Sequence record: KU682439.2 | Source: Stenotrophomonas phage vB_SmaS-DLP_6 | Strand: one strand, 5' to 3' | DNA length: 32,000 nucleotides | Translations under genes and position numbers: made by a program | Notes under the pieces: generated by a model | What the model was told of the DNA's origin: nothing | The model's input: the letters and a program-made list of their open reading frames with translations, nothing else | Database searches by the model: none | Shown here: in pieces, positions 31,962 to 32,000 of the stretch | Layout: each line of letters starts with the position of its first letter | Position numbering within the stretch: position 1 is the stretch's first letter

Positions 31962-32000
31962 ATGACCCTCGAAACCACCAAAGAAGCTCGCCTTCACGCC
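31962..32000 (+). CDS. Start of an ORF truncated by the window edge
   Basis: ATGACCCTCGAAACC... at the position homologous to start codons of cassettes A and B. In-frame ATGs also at 31938 and 31941. Confidence 0.4.
   Translation, partial: MTLETTKEARLHA

Noticed and set aside
1-32000. tRNA genes
   Set aside because: Intergenic gaps are mostly under 60 nt and the larger ones are explained by terminators, repeats and promoters. No cloverleaf or TTCRANY arm could be supported.

Overview
The window is a tightly packed, almost entirely plus-strand segment of a T4-type myovirus genome with moderately high GC. It starts inside the major capsid gene (gp23-like). It then carries a DexA-like exonuclease, a tail-tube-like protein, UvsY, UvsW, the late sigma factor gp55, gp47/gp46, gp45 clamp, gp44/gp62 clamp loader, RegA, family B DNA polymerase gp43, UvsX and gp41 helicase. 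Accessory genes are inserted into this core. The most interesting locus is at 8.0-14.4 kb: a candidate DNA hypermodification cluster with a TET/JBP-family 2OG-Fe(II) dioxygenase, two GT-A-like glycosyltransferases, a HAD phosphatase, and a nucleotidyltransferase fused to an APH/choline-kinase-like kinase. A second striking observation is three related intergenic regulatory cassettes at 18.40-18.58, 29.08-29.22 and 31.82-31.96 kb. Each combines 17-bp repeats (TAAAATCAACGACTTAC, mostly with 25-nt start-to-start spacing) with a TTTACT/TTTTCA-N16-TATAMT promoter; two have a clear terminator-like stem-loop. They resemble the mobile PeSL cassettes of T4-type phages but carry an added repeat array. 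One drives an AAA+ ATPase and another a small membrane ORF plus a HEIGH-motif/VWA protein, suggesting a split but co-regulated AAA+/VWA pair. Other notes: two possible Sm-like paralogs, a sulfotransferase, a GNAT fusion, a DUF5664-type NTP pyrophosphohydrolase, a divergent promoter pair before gp55, and three small ORFs absent from the supplied track. Protein names come from motif and remembered-family recognition, not from searches.
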